A stretch of DNA of 64,000 bases from Eutreptiella sp. 'Long Island Sound 2002' (lineage: Eukaryota > Protista > Euglenida), in the NCBI GenBank assembly GCA_964036045.1, contig OZ038378.1, forward strand, positions 3,224,001-3,288,000, given 5' to 3'. Position 1 is the first letter of the stretch; each line of letters opens with the position of its first letter. Made by a program: the position numbers and the translations under genes. This document shows, one piece after another, positions 46,532 to 59,144 of the stretch. The notes beneath the pieces are model-generated. The model was given only the letters and a program-made list of their open reading frames with translations. It ran no database searches and had not been told where the DNA came from.

Positions 46532-47224
46532 GGGGGAACGTTAGTGCGCCGGGCGCGCGCCGGGCATCTTTTGTGACCCGTGCCCCACCGGTGGACTGTT
46601 GCCGTTGATATGTTGGGCAACATTATATGGATTTGCCCCTTGGCCCCCGGGACATCAACAGATGTTTTGATTTGGGATGGGTATGGACCTTCTCGTACCC
46701 GAGGTGATTTCTTTGATTTCGAAGTTGGGGGCCATGATGGTGCTTATAAAGGCCGGATTCATGTCATTGTGCCATTCATTGGAAGAAAGAATGGCACTTT
46801 GACAGCCCGCCAACAATGTTACAATGACGTGCACGGGTGGTATAGGGCACGCATTGAGCAGCTGTTTGCTCGGTTGTGGCACGCAAGATGAGGCAGAGGA
46901 TGAGGCAGATGTGTGTGTGTTGTGTTGCCAGAAGCGCTCCACCGTCGCAGTTTGTGATGAGTGTAAGGAGCACTATTGTACTGAATGTATTGACACCCAC
47001 ACTTGTGGGACCAATGTTGTTTGTTAAGCACAATACAGATGACAATTGGAGTTGCTGAATTCACAGATATTGCTTTATTTTGCAACGTGCTTTGCAGGGA
47101 AGGTGCGCAGTCCATCATGGTCTATTTGGGGGGCCTTCTCCATCAAAGGGTAAATCTTGGGCTGAAGTCGGGATAGTTAATAGAAAGGTAGCGCGCCGGG
47201 CGCGCGCCGGGCAAACATTCCCCC
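46532..47224 (+). mobile_element. Internally deleted PIF/Harbinger-like transposon, family B (693 bp), TSD TAT
   Basis: TAT|GGGGGAACGTT ... AAACATTCCCCC|TAT, with GCGCGCCGGGC x2 at both ends. Carries a transposase fragment. Confidence 0.92.
46580..46891 (+). pseudogene. DDE_Tnp_4 (PIF/Harbinger/ISL2EU-like) transposase fragment
   Basis: DGAYKG...VIVP...LTARQQCYNDVHGWYRARIEQLFARL matches the D-x-(A/G)-Y...P...YN..H...R..IE..F pattern of this family. Confidence 0.8.
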
Positions 47225-48300
47225 TATGATATTCCTTTTATGAGGGTATCTCGGGGTATCCGCCAGTCACACAGTGTGACCCTGCGCGCCTATGCAGGAT
47301 GTGATGTCACCATATGCACCCCATAGCGTCCGGCAACACTTGGAAAACAACTTCACAATGGGCCACTATCACTACTCATTGGTTCGCTATGGCCGAGCAC
47401 AAGAAGGAGCAACACCTGAAGAAAGGAAAGTTGAGATTGCCCGCAGGTCTATGCTCAAGCAGCACTGCCCCCCCTCGAGCTTGGGTCAGGCATTTTAATG
47501 ATCCAGATGGCAAAAAAGCAACACAGCACTTCTCTTTCAAAGCTTGCATATGATCTGGTCTCATTTCTCCCATAATAATTAGGAGTGTTAGCATATGGGG
47601 CGCTTACCAAGGTGATTACTTGATGCGTTACTCAAAGGCCAATTTGCTGTCCCAGCCCCCAAGAAAATGGTGCCCCCGTCCCCCACCCCACAAGGGGGGT
47701 CCTTTGGGAACGAGATTTTTTCTCTTAAGGACCCCCACCCCCCCACCCCCATCACCTCTCCCGGACCCTCCTCCTAGCCCCCCCCCCCCCCTGGCCAACG
47801 GTTAGTGGGGGGGGGGGGGTAGTTGGTGTCCAAACCCGGGGAGTCCCCCCGCCCCCCCGTGGGTAACATGCCCCAAAAACATAAATTCGGCACCCAAGTG
47901 CAATGTCGAAAAACTCATACACATGCACCTACCAGGTGTGGTGCTCACCTGGAATTGTCCAAGCCTTGGAAGGGGGACCTAGTAAGTTGGATAATGGAGT
48001 CATTCATATCACGGTGCCAAGGTGACCTTGTCAGCTGAATAGCACACGAATCATCCACAGGGTGCAGGTTGGGAGTACTAGCAAAGCTCCATGATGAGGC
48101 GCATCTTTTTTCTTGCAGAATAGGCCAAGGGCAGGGCGTCGATACATGTTGACCATCTTCTCTTCTTTCTGTTCCTTTTCACCCTCTTATCTTTCCTTTT
48201 CCCCTATCTTCCTTCGCTTCCCATATGTGTCCGCGCTCCTTTGCTCGGTGACAGGTTGCCTTCAACCCCCCACCCCCCCTGCAACTGCCATAAGCCCTTA

Positions 48301-48613
48301 GGGGGTGTACCATGCGCTGTGCGCGCGCTGTGCGAAAAGTTGGCTGTTCTCCACCACCGCGAGTTCGGTAAGTTCAGAAGATTGAAAGGACGTCATTGAA
48401 TGGCTGCTGCAGTGGACGGGGCTATAGGGGGCAGAATTTAGGTCCCTGGGACCCATGGCAAGCATCAGATGTTTGAATTTTTGAGTTTTGAATTGATTGT
48501 GCATGATTCTGCAGGTGGGTGGTTTTCAGGGTTGTTACCTGGATAATCACCGTAATAATTGGCGCTGTGCGTGCGCTGTGTGCGCTGTGCCCGCGCTGTG
48601 CGAAAACGCCCCC
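48301..48613 (+). mobile_element. Complete Harbinger-like MITE, family C (313 bp), TSD TTA
   Basis: TTA|GGGGGTGT ... ACGCCCCC|TTA, with GCGCTGTGC(GC) units x2 at the left end and x4 at the right end. Confidence 0.9.
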
Positions 48614-50863
48614 TTATGGTGCGATGGATTATGCCCCCAAGCGTGGCGCGACCCCTCACACCAGTGTTTAGGGGGTGCTAATCCAGACCCGCAACTACAA
48701 GTGACTCAGCAGCCCACCTGTGTCACTTCCTCCGGTTGTGCTGCCGCACCTTGTCCTTCATCACCTTTGCATGCCGGTGGTTCAGAAGCCGCTTTGGTGT
48801 GCAGCACACGCGGGCTTTCGAGAACTGGCCTCCTTGGCCACGACTGTTGCCCTCCGGGAACCGACATCCCCCGACCCTGACCGTGATTCTGAGGGCTTGT
48901 GGCACCAATTGTGGTGGTGGTAATGGACCAGGGGCATGCAACCCAAGCCCTCGCCCACTGCCGAATGTGTGATTGGAGTATTTGGCGCCAGGTTTCAGAG
49001 TGCCTGATATTGCCCTGGCTGGATGTGGGTACCGGCGTTGCTTGCTCTGCCCGTATCTCTTACGAAGGCATCGACAAGGGAGTTTCCAGCTGCGCCCAAA
49101 TGCCATACCACTTGTGCAGCATTTTGATGTGGTCTCTTCTGAGAAGCGCTATCAAGCGTCCCAGACCATCAAACGTCCAAGAGCCCGCCCATGGCACGCC
49201 CACCGCTGGTGATGCCGGGAGTGCAGCGACGCCCTGTACAGTCCCAGCTGCCGCCCCTGAAAGTCAGGAAATGTTCCACATCATCGTGTGTTGCCTCCGC
49301 CTCTCCTCCCCCGAGGGCCACACCAGACCACTTGCGTTCTGGGTGGTAGTCATGCTCACCTCTAGTTGTAGTGGCGTGTAAGACCACCATTTTGTTCTGA
49401 GCCCCCCCGCCCCCCTCCTCCCCCTCGCCGCCGCCTCCCCTGCCCTCTCTTGCGCCTGCACGGCCTTGTCTATGCACAAGGGGCCCCGTCTGTCCAGCGT
49501 TCTGACCGCAGTCCTTGTGGTGGAGAATGTGAGATGACATGTTTGTGAGCCCATTCATGGGAAAGAGGGGCCTGTCCATGCCTGTGACTGCACGAGAGTG
49601 GAGCGCACTTTCACTTCCTTTCAGCACGTGTTGCTGTCATGGGTCCCAGAGACCTGCTTGGCTGTGGGCTGTGCCAACAGATTTCATCACGGAAATATGA
49701 ACAAAACTCGCCAAGAGTTCAGAAGTGCAAGCACCATGTGCAGCACATTTTGTTCTCCGCCCTCCTCAAAAAGGGCTCAATGGGCCAGACCCCAAATCCC
49801 GGGGCACGAAGGACTTGGATGGTCCCTGCAATAGCGCTGGTTGGGGGCGGTTAGGCCCAAAAGTTTGCACGGCGCGCACCCAGCGCCAACGTCCATCCCG
49901 CCCGAACAATACAGCCCCCCAAATATTCAATATTTCCCCCGGGGTACAGGTTAGGGCATTCGGTATACCCCTTCCCCCCGGGTCCCGGGTCCCTGATGCC
50001 CAACACACAGCATCACAAAGAGCCCTCTTGGAGTCATATCAGCAGAGGTTTGATGATAGTGCCATTGCCGACCGAACCTGCCCCTGCGGGTGGTTTGGGT
50101 GCAGCGAGTGCAAGAGGCGCAGCAGGAATGGGGGGGGGCAAGAAGCATGTTCTGGAACACCACGGATGAAACCCATTTCATGGACCACGGCAGTGCGATC
50201 CAAACTCCAATTCTTGGCAACGCCACAAGTATCCGTCATGGAGCCAGCGGGTTTGATGTTGAGGCAGGAAGCCTCGGCGCACCTCACGCGGGTGCTCCAA
50301 TAGTGCCAGAGGAATATGTCTACAACATACAACAGACAGCACGCCCCTGGGGTGCACAGTTTTGGTGCGGGATTCAGTGGAAGGTGTGAAATAGCGGGAC
50401 ATGATGGCGCCCAATAGTCGGCAGTTCTCCGGAAAACCCCCGCAAGAGGTGTGGTGCAAGTGCTCTGTGGGGGTCCAGCAGTTTGGCCGCTTTTGGCATC
50501 AGGGGCACCCCTGCCTCACACGCCTGCCCCATTCTGAGTAGGGGATGGAGACCCCGTGAAGGCAGGCGCGGCTGGAGCAAAAATGCGGGTCCACACGTGA
50601 CCTTTTGAGGCCCAGTCTGTCCCCCACTCATCGAAGGAGGAGCGCTTAACGCGGTGGCGCAACCACCAGGGCCACTGAGGGCACACGAGCAGAAGTGCAG
50701 AGGGCATACTGGAAAGTGGGAGGCCATGGCAAAGACCGCGGTCGTTCCCGGGAGCATCACCCTCACCTCAAAACAGTCACCCCCCCTGACTTCATCTGCA
50801 GACCATTAGGCCCGGGCCCTGACTGGCTGACTGCATCCCTGGCAGCCTCTCATTGTGCTTCAG

Positions 50864-53800
50864 GCACCCCCCACGACCACAGAGCCATGCCACCAACTCC
50901 CCATCGACGGACCTGCGGGGCCCCGCACCACCAACGCAGCGCCCGCAGCAGAGCCTTCAATCATCGCTGACGAAGGCGAGGCAGTGTCCGTGCCCACTCC
51001 CGCCGACGCGAAATCATATCCGCAGAGCAGACCCGGCCGGGGCCGGCACCGGCGCGTTCCGGGGTCGGCTGCCCCGCAGCGGGCCCCCGCCCCTGTGCTG
51101 AGGATGCGGCGCGCCAACATGAAGCGGAGGTGTTGTGCCTTTGCAGGTCGAGAGGAACAGAGCGGTTGTGAGTGTGCGGGGACCCTGATGAGGGTGTTGT
51201 GTCTTCTCGAGACTTGTGTGAGGGTGCAGGCACCCCAAGGGACTCAGCATGGAGGGTCGAGGTGAGGTGGGTTGGTGGGGGGGAGGGGGGGCGCATGGCG
51301 ATAGTGACATCACGGCAGAACGTTGCGATGTGCCTTCTTAGAACCCACGCGGGCATTGCGAACGCCGTGGGGTTGCGATGGCAGGCATGACGGCAGAACT
51401 TGACGCGTGAAATTTCTTTTGAGGGGGGGGGGGGGGGGGCAAGTTCGGGAGCGGGCAGTTGACAGTATTATCTAATGCGACGCATCCGTTTGGCAGAGGC
51501 CCTGGAAAATGATGCGCTGTGTTGCGGACCGCTTCGTTGGAAAGCTTCGGTGCCCGCCCCATGACCATTCTACCAGGGTGCAGGGCAGGACAACCCTACT
51601 GCCCGACCCTACTGCCCATCACGCCACTAATCAACCTGGAAATCACCCCCTTGTTTTGTTGATTTTTTTTTTTTGCCCCGGGCAGCCAATACAGGTACAA
51701 AAATTCCCACACATCAGCAACCAAGGAAGCCGAAAACCAGTGGACGTGGAATATTTGGCTTACATACTTGCATCACTTGTAACTATTTTCATGACCACTG
51801 TCAGACAACACAAAATACCCCATAAACCAATTTGCCAAGTTCAAAAGCATGGAGAACTTCACATCCAGGAGTGCGAGGCCTCGCAATGCAACCTGCATTT
51901 TTCTGGACAAATCGGCCCATTTGTCCACAATGTTGATCGCAAGGCTTTGCAATACGGCTTGAGAAATTCAAATTTTTCTGATGGACGTCAGGCATATTAT
52001 AGACAAAATAAAGCCAAAAAAAAGGCATTTTCGGGGGTAATTCAAGTGAAAAGGCCCTGTGTTGAAAGTGGTTACCAAGAAAAGTTGGTAAATTGCTCTG
52101 TTTATGTATGTCAAAAACGCACCCACTTTCAGAAAACCCTGAACCTGTTTTGGATGCCTGGGGGTTTGTGGTGTTTGGCCTTTTTTGATGCTATGTTGTG
52201 ATTGGTGGGGTCTATGCACTGTGCGTAATGTACACCTTATCTCAGGTAAGTTTGTCTTCGATAGCATTGTCTAAGGTACCTCCCCACCTTTGGGGCCGTC
52301 ATATTTTGGGACCGTTGCAACATAACCCCCTCCACCCAGGTTTTTGCAGGCACCTAATGAGGATGTTCTGACAGAGGTGCGAGAATCATCCCATGGCCCC
52401 TGCTGAACTTCATGGATTTCAACCCCACACCCGAGGAGGTGACCCGGCGGGGGTGTACAGATTGATGTTGCGCGCACAACAAAATGTGGCGGAACGAGAC
52501 ATCGTGTGCTTCGTGATGCTTGATCTTTGCGGTGAAAAGACTTCGGTAGTGGGCGTAAGCGATGCTTAACAAAGCAAATGAAATCGTCCGACCACATCTG
52601 TCCAACTGAGAAGTCAAGGTCTGCGACACCTACAAGACCTCTCCAAAGCTGGAACAGATCCCGGGACAAAGGCGCACGCGATAGCACGCCGGTCAGGACG
52701 AAAGCACCAGGCACCTTTCTTGTCAACGTTCTGGTCACCTGGACTTCTCTCCCCGGCTCACCCTAGTCGGGCTTTGGGGGGTCCCTTGGTGCTGCCCGAC
52801 CCCTCACGCTGTCAGATGGAAGCGCACCGACACGGAGACTGACGCCGACAAGTACAAGAGCTTCACCCCTTTCCATCACGCCGCCACATCGCGGCGCGGT
52901 GCGAAGAAGCGGCATCTTCCCGTGATGCAGCAGCACATCCATCAGGTGTGCTCTTGTTCGACGGCCGCAGAAGGGAGAGGCCGCTTCGGAGACCCCGGAA
53001 CATTAGAAGTGTCAAGGCACAGGGGGCTACGTGCATTTTCAGCAAATTTTGCGAGAGACAGAATTGAAGAGGTTGAAATTCCGCATCCTATGGTCAAAAG
53101 TGCCGCGCATTTTGGGGCCCCTAAACCGAGTTATGGCCATTTTAGTCACCCGGCCGGCCACTGCCGGAGGATCTTAGGCCGAAAAACACCCAAAATGGCA
53201 ATAAATCGCGATTTCCCGGGGCTACGTGCATTTTCAGCAAATTTTGCGAGAGACAGAATTGAAGAAGACCCGTTTCAGTGCTCAGTGTCTGATAGATTTG
53301 CAGGCAGCCGCACAGATAGCGCACCGGCTCACTCATGATGATGGGGATCTCATGGCCATCCGATGAGTGGTACGGGTGGTCATGGCCATCGTGCTGATGG
53401 TCGTGGTGTTTGGCCATGATTGGTGTCGGGGGCCAACGTGATGTCGGACTCCCGCTGACATGGGGACGCTTGTAGGCGGGAGCCCCACAGAGCCATACGT
53501 CCTCTGGTGGTAGGGGGGAACGATGGTCTGGGGAGCATCCGTCGGAGATTTGGAGCAATCTCGTATCGGGGAGGGCTCGGGCGCTGTGTTATACAGCCGC
53601 CTAACCAGAACCATGGCACTCCCCTGTAGACCAAGTGAGTGACAGGTGATCTTTACAATAATTTAAAACCAGGGGGGGGGGGGGGGCTTCCCCCCCCAAA
53701 ATCGCCTGCCTCCCCCCAGCTCCCCAGACCAAAACTATCATCGTGGGAGAAAACGAAGTTACAAAAGGGAAAATCTCGTCGGGCCATCTTTGGCACTCAA

Positions 53801-54300
53801 TTTTTTGAGTCCCCCCCCCCCCCCCACCCGCTCAAAAGACGCCCTGGAGGGCTGTTTACGCAACCGGTTGCCTTGTTCCTCAGTCATGCCACCTCAGGTG
53901 CGTACGCGTTGTTGAGCCGGATTGTGTTTTTGTCCATGGGGCAAAACGGGTTGTCATTCGTGGGGTGACCATGGCCCCATCGTTCAGTGTGCTGCATCAC
54001 GCAAAGCAAGACAAAGTGCAGTGTGTTGGAGGCGCGGAGGCAACGAATTACGGGTCTCCACGCCCCCCCACCCCCCTGCCGTTTCTCTTGGTGAGCCCGC
54101 GGCAGTCCGCATGGTAAGCCCGCCAGGCACCCCCGCCGGTGAAGGTGCCGGCTGCGCAGGGCAGCGCACCCATGTCAGCGGGAGTCCGACATCACGTTGG
54201 CCCCCGACACCAATCATGGCCAAACACCACGACCACCAGCACGATGGCCATGACCACCCGTACCACTCATCGGATGGCCAGGAGATCCCCATCATCATCA
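50864..54300 (+). CDS. Spliced host gene of unknown function; exons 50864-51129, 52816-52945, 54127-54300
   Basis: All boundaries are AG|exon|GT and the phases chain (2, then 0) into one open frame: ...MRRANMKR-RWKRTDTETDADKYKSF...QHIHQ-APPPVKVPAAQG...RRSPSSS. Other exons were not located. Confidence 0.7.
53023..53265 (+). repeat. Perfect 48-bp direct repeat pair (53023-53070 and 53218-53265)
   Basis: GGGGCTACGTGCATTTTCAGCAAATTTTGCGAGAGACAGAATTGAAGA occurs twice. Confidence 0.95.
53273..53464 (-). repeat. Inverted duplicate of 54169-54361 (exon end, donor site, intron start)
   Basis: About 192 bp with 7 differences counted by eye. Confidence 0.95.
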
Positions 54301-57028
54301 GTGAGCCAGTGCACTATCTGTGCGGCTGCCTGCAAATCTATCATACACTGAGCACTGGAACAGGCCTGTGCCTTGACACAGGGGCAGGAGTAAAGGCTCC
54401 CACGCTCATCGCACAGGGCCACGCAGCCAGACGTGGCAAGCCCCGTTTGGTCACGTTAGTTGTGGCTGCCGGGCCCATTTCGTGAACTTATTTGTGGGCC
54501 TGGCCCTCCTAAGGTAGCATGAAGGGCTCGTCTGGTCAGAGCTGTAGCCCTCAGTGCTCGATGTACTGACTGTTCACTGTGACTGGAGCACCACAGCCCC
54601 GGCCAACAGAGGGTTCAGGACCCACCCTGCCCCTGGCTGACTTTGTGGACAGACACAGGGTTGTGTGTACGTGTGCCGTTTCACCGGTGCATCGCGAAGG
54701 CACTGCCCAGAGGTCCCTGATGGTGTGGGCGAGCTGGATGGTCGAGCAATGGGTGGGGAGGGTGTGCATTTACGTAAAGGTATATAAGCTGTTGTACCAG
54801 TCTGACCGTATAGGCAGCGGTGGCGGTCATCTGGCCTCATGGACGAGAAGAGGCGCCTTGAGCCCCGAGCAAACTCTGACACCAACAGCAGCCCACGCAG
54901 CGGAGCCATACGGCAGAAGGGTCTGTACCAAACCCAACCCCAAACCCCCTGCTTTCTGGTGGTGGTGCCACTGGTACCGCTGCTACAAGTGGTGCGGGTG
55001 TTTCCCGCAAAGTGTGGTGGGCTATTGAAGATTGCAAGCGTCACTCCTGCTCCATAACGCTCGACGTTTGGACTCTCCAGCAGGAACCAATTCAAGTTGC
55101 CTTCTAGCACGAAGGAGGTGATGTGCGGCACGTGGAAGCACTTGCATGTGTGGCAATTTTTTTTTTGAGATTCTCCCGGGATGCACCCCTTAATTTACGG
55201 TCCAGTGGCTGCCATGGCCTGACAGCTGCTTGTGCTTGGTAGCTGCACCCTCGCACGGGATGTCTAGCAGAGCAGAGCACATAAAGGCAGAGCAAATAAA
55301 GGACCAGCGTAACGGCCAAGAACGGAGCAAGGGACATGCCTGATTGCCAACCTGAGGCTTTACCTCTACCCAGAAGGATAAGGCGATACACTGCACACTT
55401 CAAGGCACCATCTTGCACTGGTACGACCATTTGCGAACAATCGGTGATGAAGGCCCCGTGGCAAGGGTGACCAGAGCCAGTGCGTTGCGGCATACCTGAC
55501 CATTTGCAGCCCAGTCCCCTAGATTTGCCCTCGACCAACAGGCAGGTGCCAAATGGTAACCAACCAGCCATATTGGACCCCTGGTCCAATTTTTTTCCAG
55601 TTCACCTGCATGCAGACGTATGGAGCATGGTGTTATGGTGGTGTTTTAGATCCAAGGTGAAGGTTATGGACTGTGTTTTGGCATGCATTGGGAAGCAAAC
55701 GTTTTATCCAATTAAGTTGTGCATAGGACATCCACGTCGTTTTGTGCAATACTGGCCCGCCGTCGTTCACTCATAACAGTCTGAGTCTGGAAGCACCTCC
55801 TGTACCGTGACAACTGCTTGAGGGGGCGGTGAGGCTGTTGACACTTTGACCTCGGGGCACATACAGGGGTATCAGAAGAAGGAGTAGAAGCAGGGCAGGA
55901 GAGGCACAGGGTGCAAAAGGGTTGAAGCAGCCAAAGGGCCTGCCATCGAGAGTTTGGGGTGTCTTCGGAGCGAATTGCACCGACTCCACCCTGTTCACCA
56001 TCCACCGTCTTCCTCTTTTTCCTCCTCCGTCTCTTCTTCCTGAGCCCTTTCTACCGTTTCTTGATGCCTCTGTTCGCTGCAGATGGCTACCGTGCAAATG
56101 GAAAATGCCTCGCCCTCATCTTTGGCACTGGACCGCACATTAAGTCTGGTGTTCGAGGATACACAAGAGGCCGGCCCGGTGTGTCCACCGACTGAAGTGC
56201 AGATGCCCTCTGGAGGGGTGGTGCCAGATCTGGAGTTTGGGTTCAACGCTCGGGCTTTCGGGCCGCCGAAGGGGGATCAATTGTGTTTCCATAGGTTCAG
56301 AGTCGTGCAGAGTGTCGTGGGCCGTGTATGGGTACACTCTTGGCTGCTGTGGGGGAGAGAGTGCAGGGTAGACATGCTCTCACAGGCATTTGAGGCCCTC
56401 TGAATGTGTCAGATTGCCTTGTGTACAACCTCGTCCGTGTCGGTTGGAATTGGTTTTCCTGTGCACGGACCGTCAATGGATTCGGGGGGTGCCAGTGGAT
56501 TTGTTGTCCCTTTCAGCATCTACAACTCCGATGTGTCCTTGCAGCAACACACAACACACCGTCCAATCTCTTGGGGGGTTGTGGATTTGAGCTGAGGCCA
56601 GATGGCGGGAGGCACTCTCACCACATTTCACAGGCGGCCCCGCTGGTCCCGGATGGCGCCTGTGAGACACGTGAAGCTGCAGAGGAAGAAAGTGTACTGC
56701 GGCGCCTTCATTTCGAGGGAATTGAGTTGACGCAGACCCATCCCACGCGCCAGGCCCAGGCCGTTGTGCCCTGGGAGCAGCAAAGTATACCCGCTGCCAG
56801 GTGTGCCTTGCTGTGGCCGCCATGCCATGAAGCGTGTCGTAATGTTGCGATAGACTGCGAAGTCCAAAAAAGCGTCTGCTTTCAAGGGATGAGCATACGA
56901 AGGTGAATATTTGGCTTTAAAACAATTGTAACTTCGTTCGTTGGACGCCTAGTTTTTGAGCCCCATGAAGCGTTATGCACAAGGGGCAGCACAAAGGGGT
57001 GGCAACAGGATGTAGGCCATCCGTGCAA

Positions 57029-57560
57029 TGTTGTGTTTTGTTGTGTTTTGTTGTGTTATGTTGTGTTTTGTTTTGTTGTGTTGTGTTGTGTTGTGTTGTG
57101 TTGCCTTGCGTTGCGTTGCGTTGTGTGGTGTGGTGTGGTGTGGTGTGGTGTGGTGTGTGGTGTGGTGTGGTGTGGTGTGGTGTGGTGTGGTGTGGTGTGG
57201 TGTGGTGTGGTGTGGTGTGGTGTGGTGTGGTGTGGTGTGGTGTGGTGTGGTGTGGTGTGGTGTGGTGTGGTGTGGTGTGGTGTGGCGTGGCGTGGCGTGG
57301 CGTGGCGTGGCGTGGTGTGGCGTGGCGTGGCGTGGCGTGGCGTGGCGGGCCGTGGCCGTGGCCGTGGCCGTGGCCGTGGCCGTGGCGTGGCGTGGCGTGG
57401 CGTGGCGTGGCGTGGCGTGGTGTGGTGTGGTGTGGTGTGGTGTGGTGTGGTGTGGTGTGGTGTGGTGTGGTGTGGTGTGGTGTGGTGTGGTGTGGTGTGG
57501 TGTTGTGTTGTGTTGTGTGGTGTTGTGTGGTGTGGTGTTGTGTTGTGTTGTGTTGTGTTG
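57029..57560. repeat. Mirror-symmetric compound pentanucleotide microsatellite
   Basis: (TTGTG)n-(GTGTG)n-(GCGTG)n-(GCCGTG)6-(GCGTG)n-(GTGTG)n-(TTGTG)n. Confidence 0.95.
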
Positions 57561-59000
57561 ACACACATAACATATCATCATAATGTAACATCACAAAAGT
57601 GGGGCGCTTGTATGCAAGCTCCCCAAGCGCCCCAAGCGGCATGCAAGAAGCACCCTGTAACCCCAACATAACAACATAACACAACATAAGGGAATAATAT
57701 GGCATGGCATGGCATGGCATGACATGACGTGACATGGCACAGCATAGCATAGCATAGCACATTGTAACATTAACATAACATGGCACCACATGACACAGCA
57801 GAACGGACCATGGCATGAACATGGACAACATATAACACAACACAACATTAGCACACCATTCCTCGAACACCATAGCCCATCACACCCCATTATGCAGCAT
57901 AGCATACAGCACACTGTAAAGTGCAATGGGCAACACCATGTTTCCTTCCTCTCCCAGGCAATTCCACGCTCGAGTTTCACGTCTTGAAGGGACCTCCGAG
58001 CACGCGACTGGCACTGACAGCGCCCAGGGGTACACAATCGCCTTCCCTGAGCTGATGACTCGGCACCGCAAGGCTGAAGGGTCCCGCGCCTATTCTTCCA
58101 CCGCTGCTGAGAAGCGGACGCCACTTGAAGGTAATAATGCTTTGGGTAAGGGCTCTGCTGACGGCGGAGGACCAAGTGCTCGCTGGCGGGTGGACCGGGC
58201 CTCCCAGAGCTGGGGTGCACCACCACCCTCCCGCCTCCGTGCCTTTCTGTCTGGCACGATCTGAGGCAACGAGGCGGGCTGTCTCATCACAATCTTGTAT
58301 TGCTCAGTACTGTCTGTCATGCCAATGCCTTCTGAGTAGGGCGCTGGCATGGAAGCCGCAGGACAGCCCCGGTACTACTGATCACTACGGGTGCTGAATC
58401 TCTGAGTGAGCTTGGTCAGCAAGGTTTTCTGCCCGTGGGCCATGGGGTCGTTGTACAATGGCCGCCTCTTGCGCGAAGGGCAGCACCAGTGCTGGAAATA
58501 GAGGATCCCAAAAATTGTAAACGCTGTATTCAACTGTATCTCAAGCTCCATTTGGGGACCGGGTGCATCTTCATATGGCATGTCCCTTGTTGTGGATGGT
58601 CAAGATCTCATTCCTTTTTTTCATGGTTTTGATGTATTGATGTATCACATGTGTCTCCCAAGGCTCCAGAGTGTGTGTCCCGTGCGTATCCCAAAAAATG
58701 TAACGTGTGTATCCCGCGATGTTCGTGCTCCGCACTATCTCCACCTCTGGGCAGCACGTGGTCAACTGCAAAGCCGTCCTTGGAGTGCAGGCGCTGCTGG
58801 GCCCGTGCTGGGGACGACGCGCACTGTGGACCCGCAGCTACCACGCTGGAGTAGGCGCACCAGCGAATGCGGTGCTCCGATGTTTCGCAAGAGGAGCGCC
58901 CCGCGCACAGGGGTGTCGAAGGCCCTGGGCACACCCAACAACGCTATAGACCGCCGGATGTCATGGGTCCTTCGTTGGGGATTGTAGGAACAAGCATTAG

Positions 59001-59144
59001 GCTCTAGTACAGCGGTGAATGACCCCGCCCACAACCATCACAGCCATTGCATCCCTTCGAGTTCTGAAGCAGTCTTGCGTATTCATACAACGGTCATCCA
59101 GCGGCTCAGTTTCCGACCCTTGTGAGCTCTAGTACAGCGGTGAA
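59001..59144 (+). repeat. 19-bp direct repeat pair, 125 bp apart
   Basis: GCTCTAGTACAGCGGTGAA at 59001-59019 and 59126-59144. Confidence 0.85.

Noticed and set aside
53884-53897. 14-nt micro-exon (CAG|TCATGCCACCTCAG|GTGCGT)
   Set aside because: Including it shifts the frame and gives a stop in the next exon; the flanking exons already join in phase without it.
54169-54361. His-rich metal-binding peptide KHHDHQHDGHDHPYH
   Set aside because: The splice sites and phases support a different frame (PNTTTTSTMAMTT); the His-rich reading is an alternative-frame by-product.
56973-57671. Several 170-212-aa ORFs of HTT/VWCG/VVW repeats
   Set aside because: They are translations of a stop-free microsatellite.
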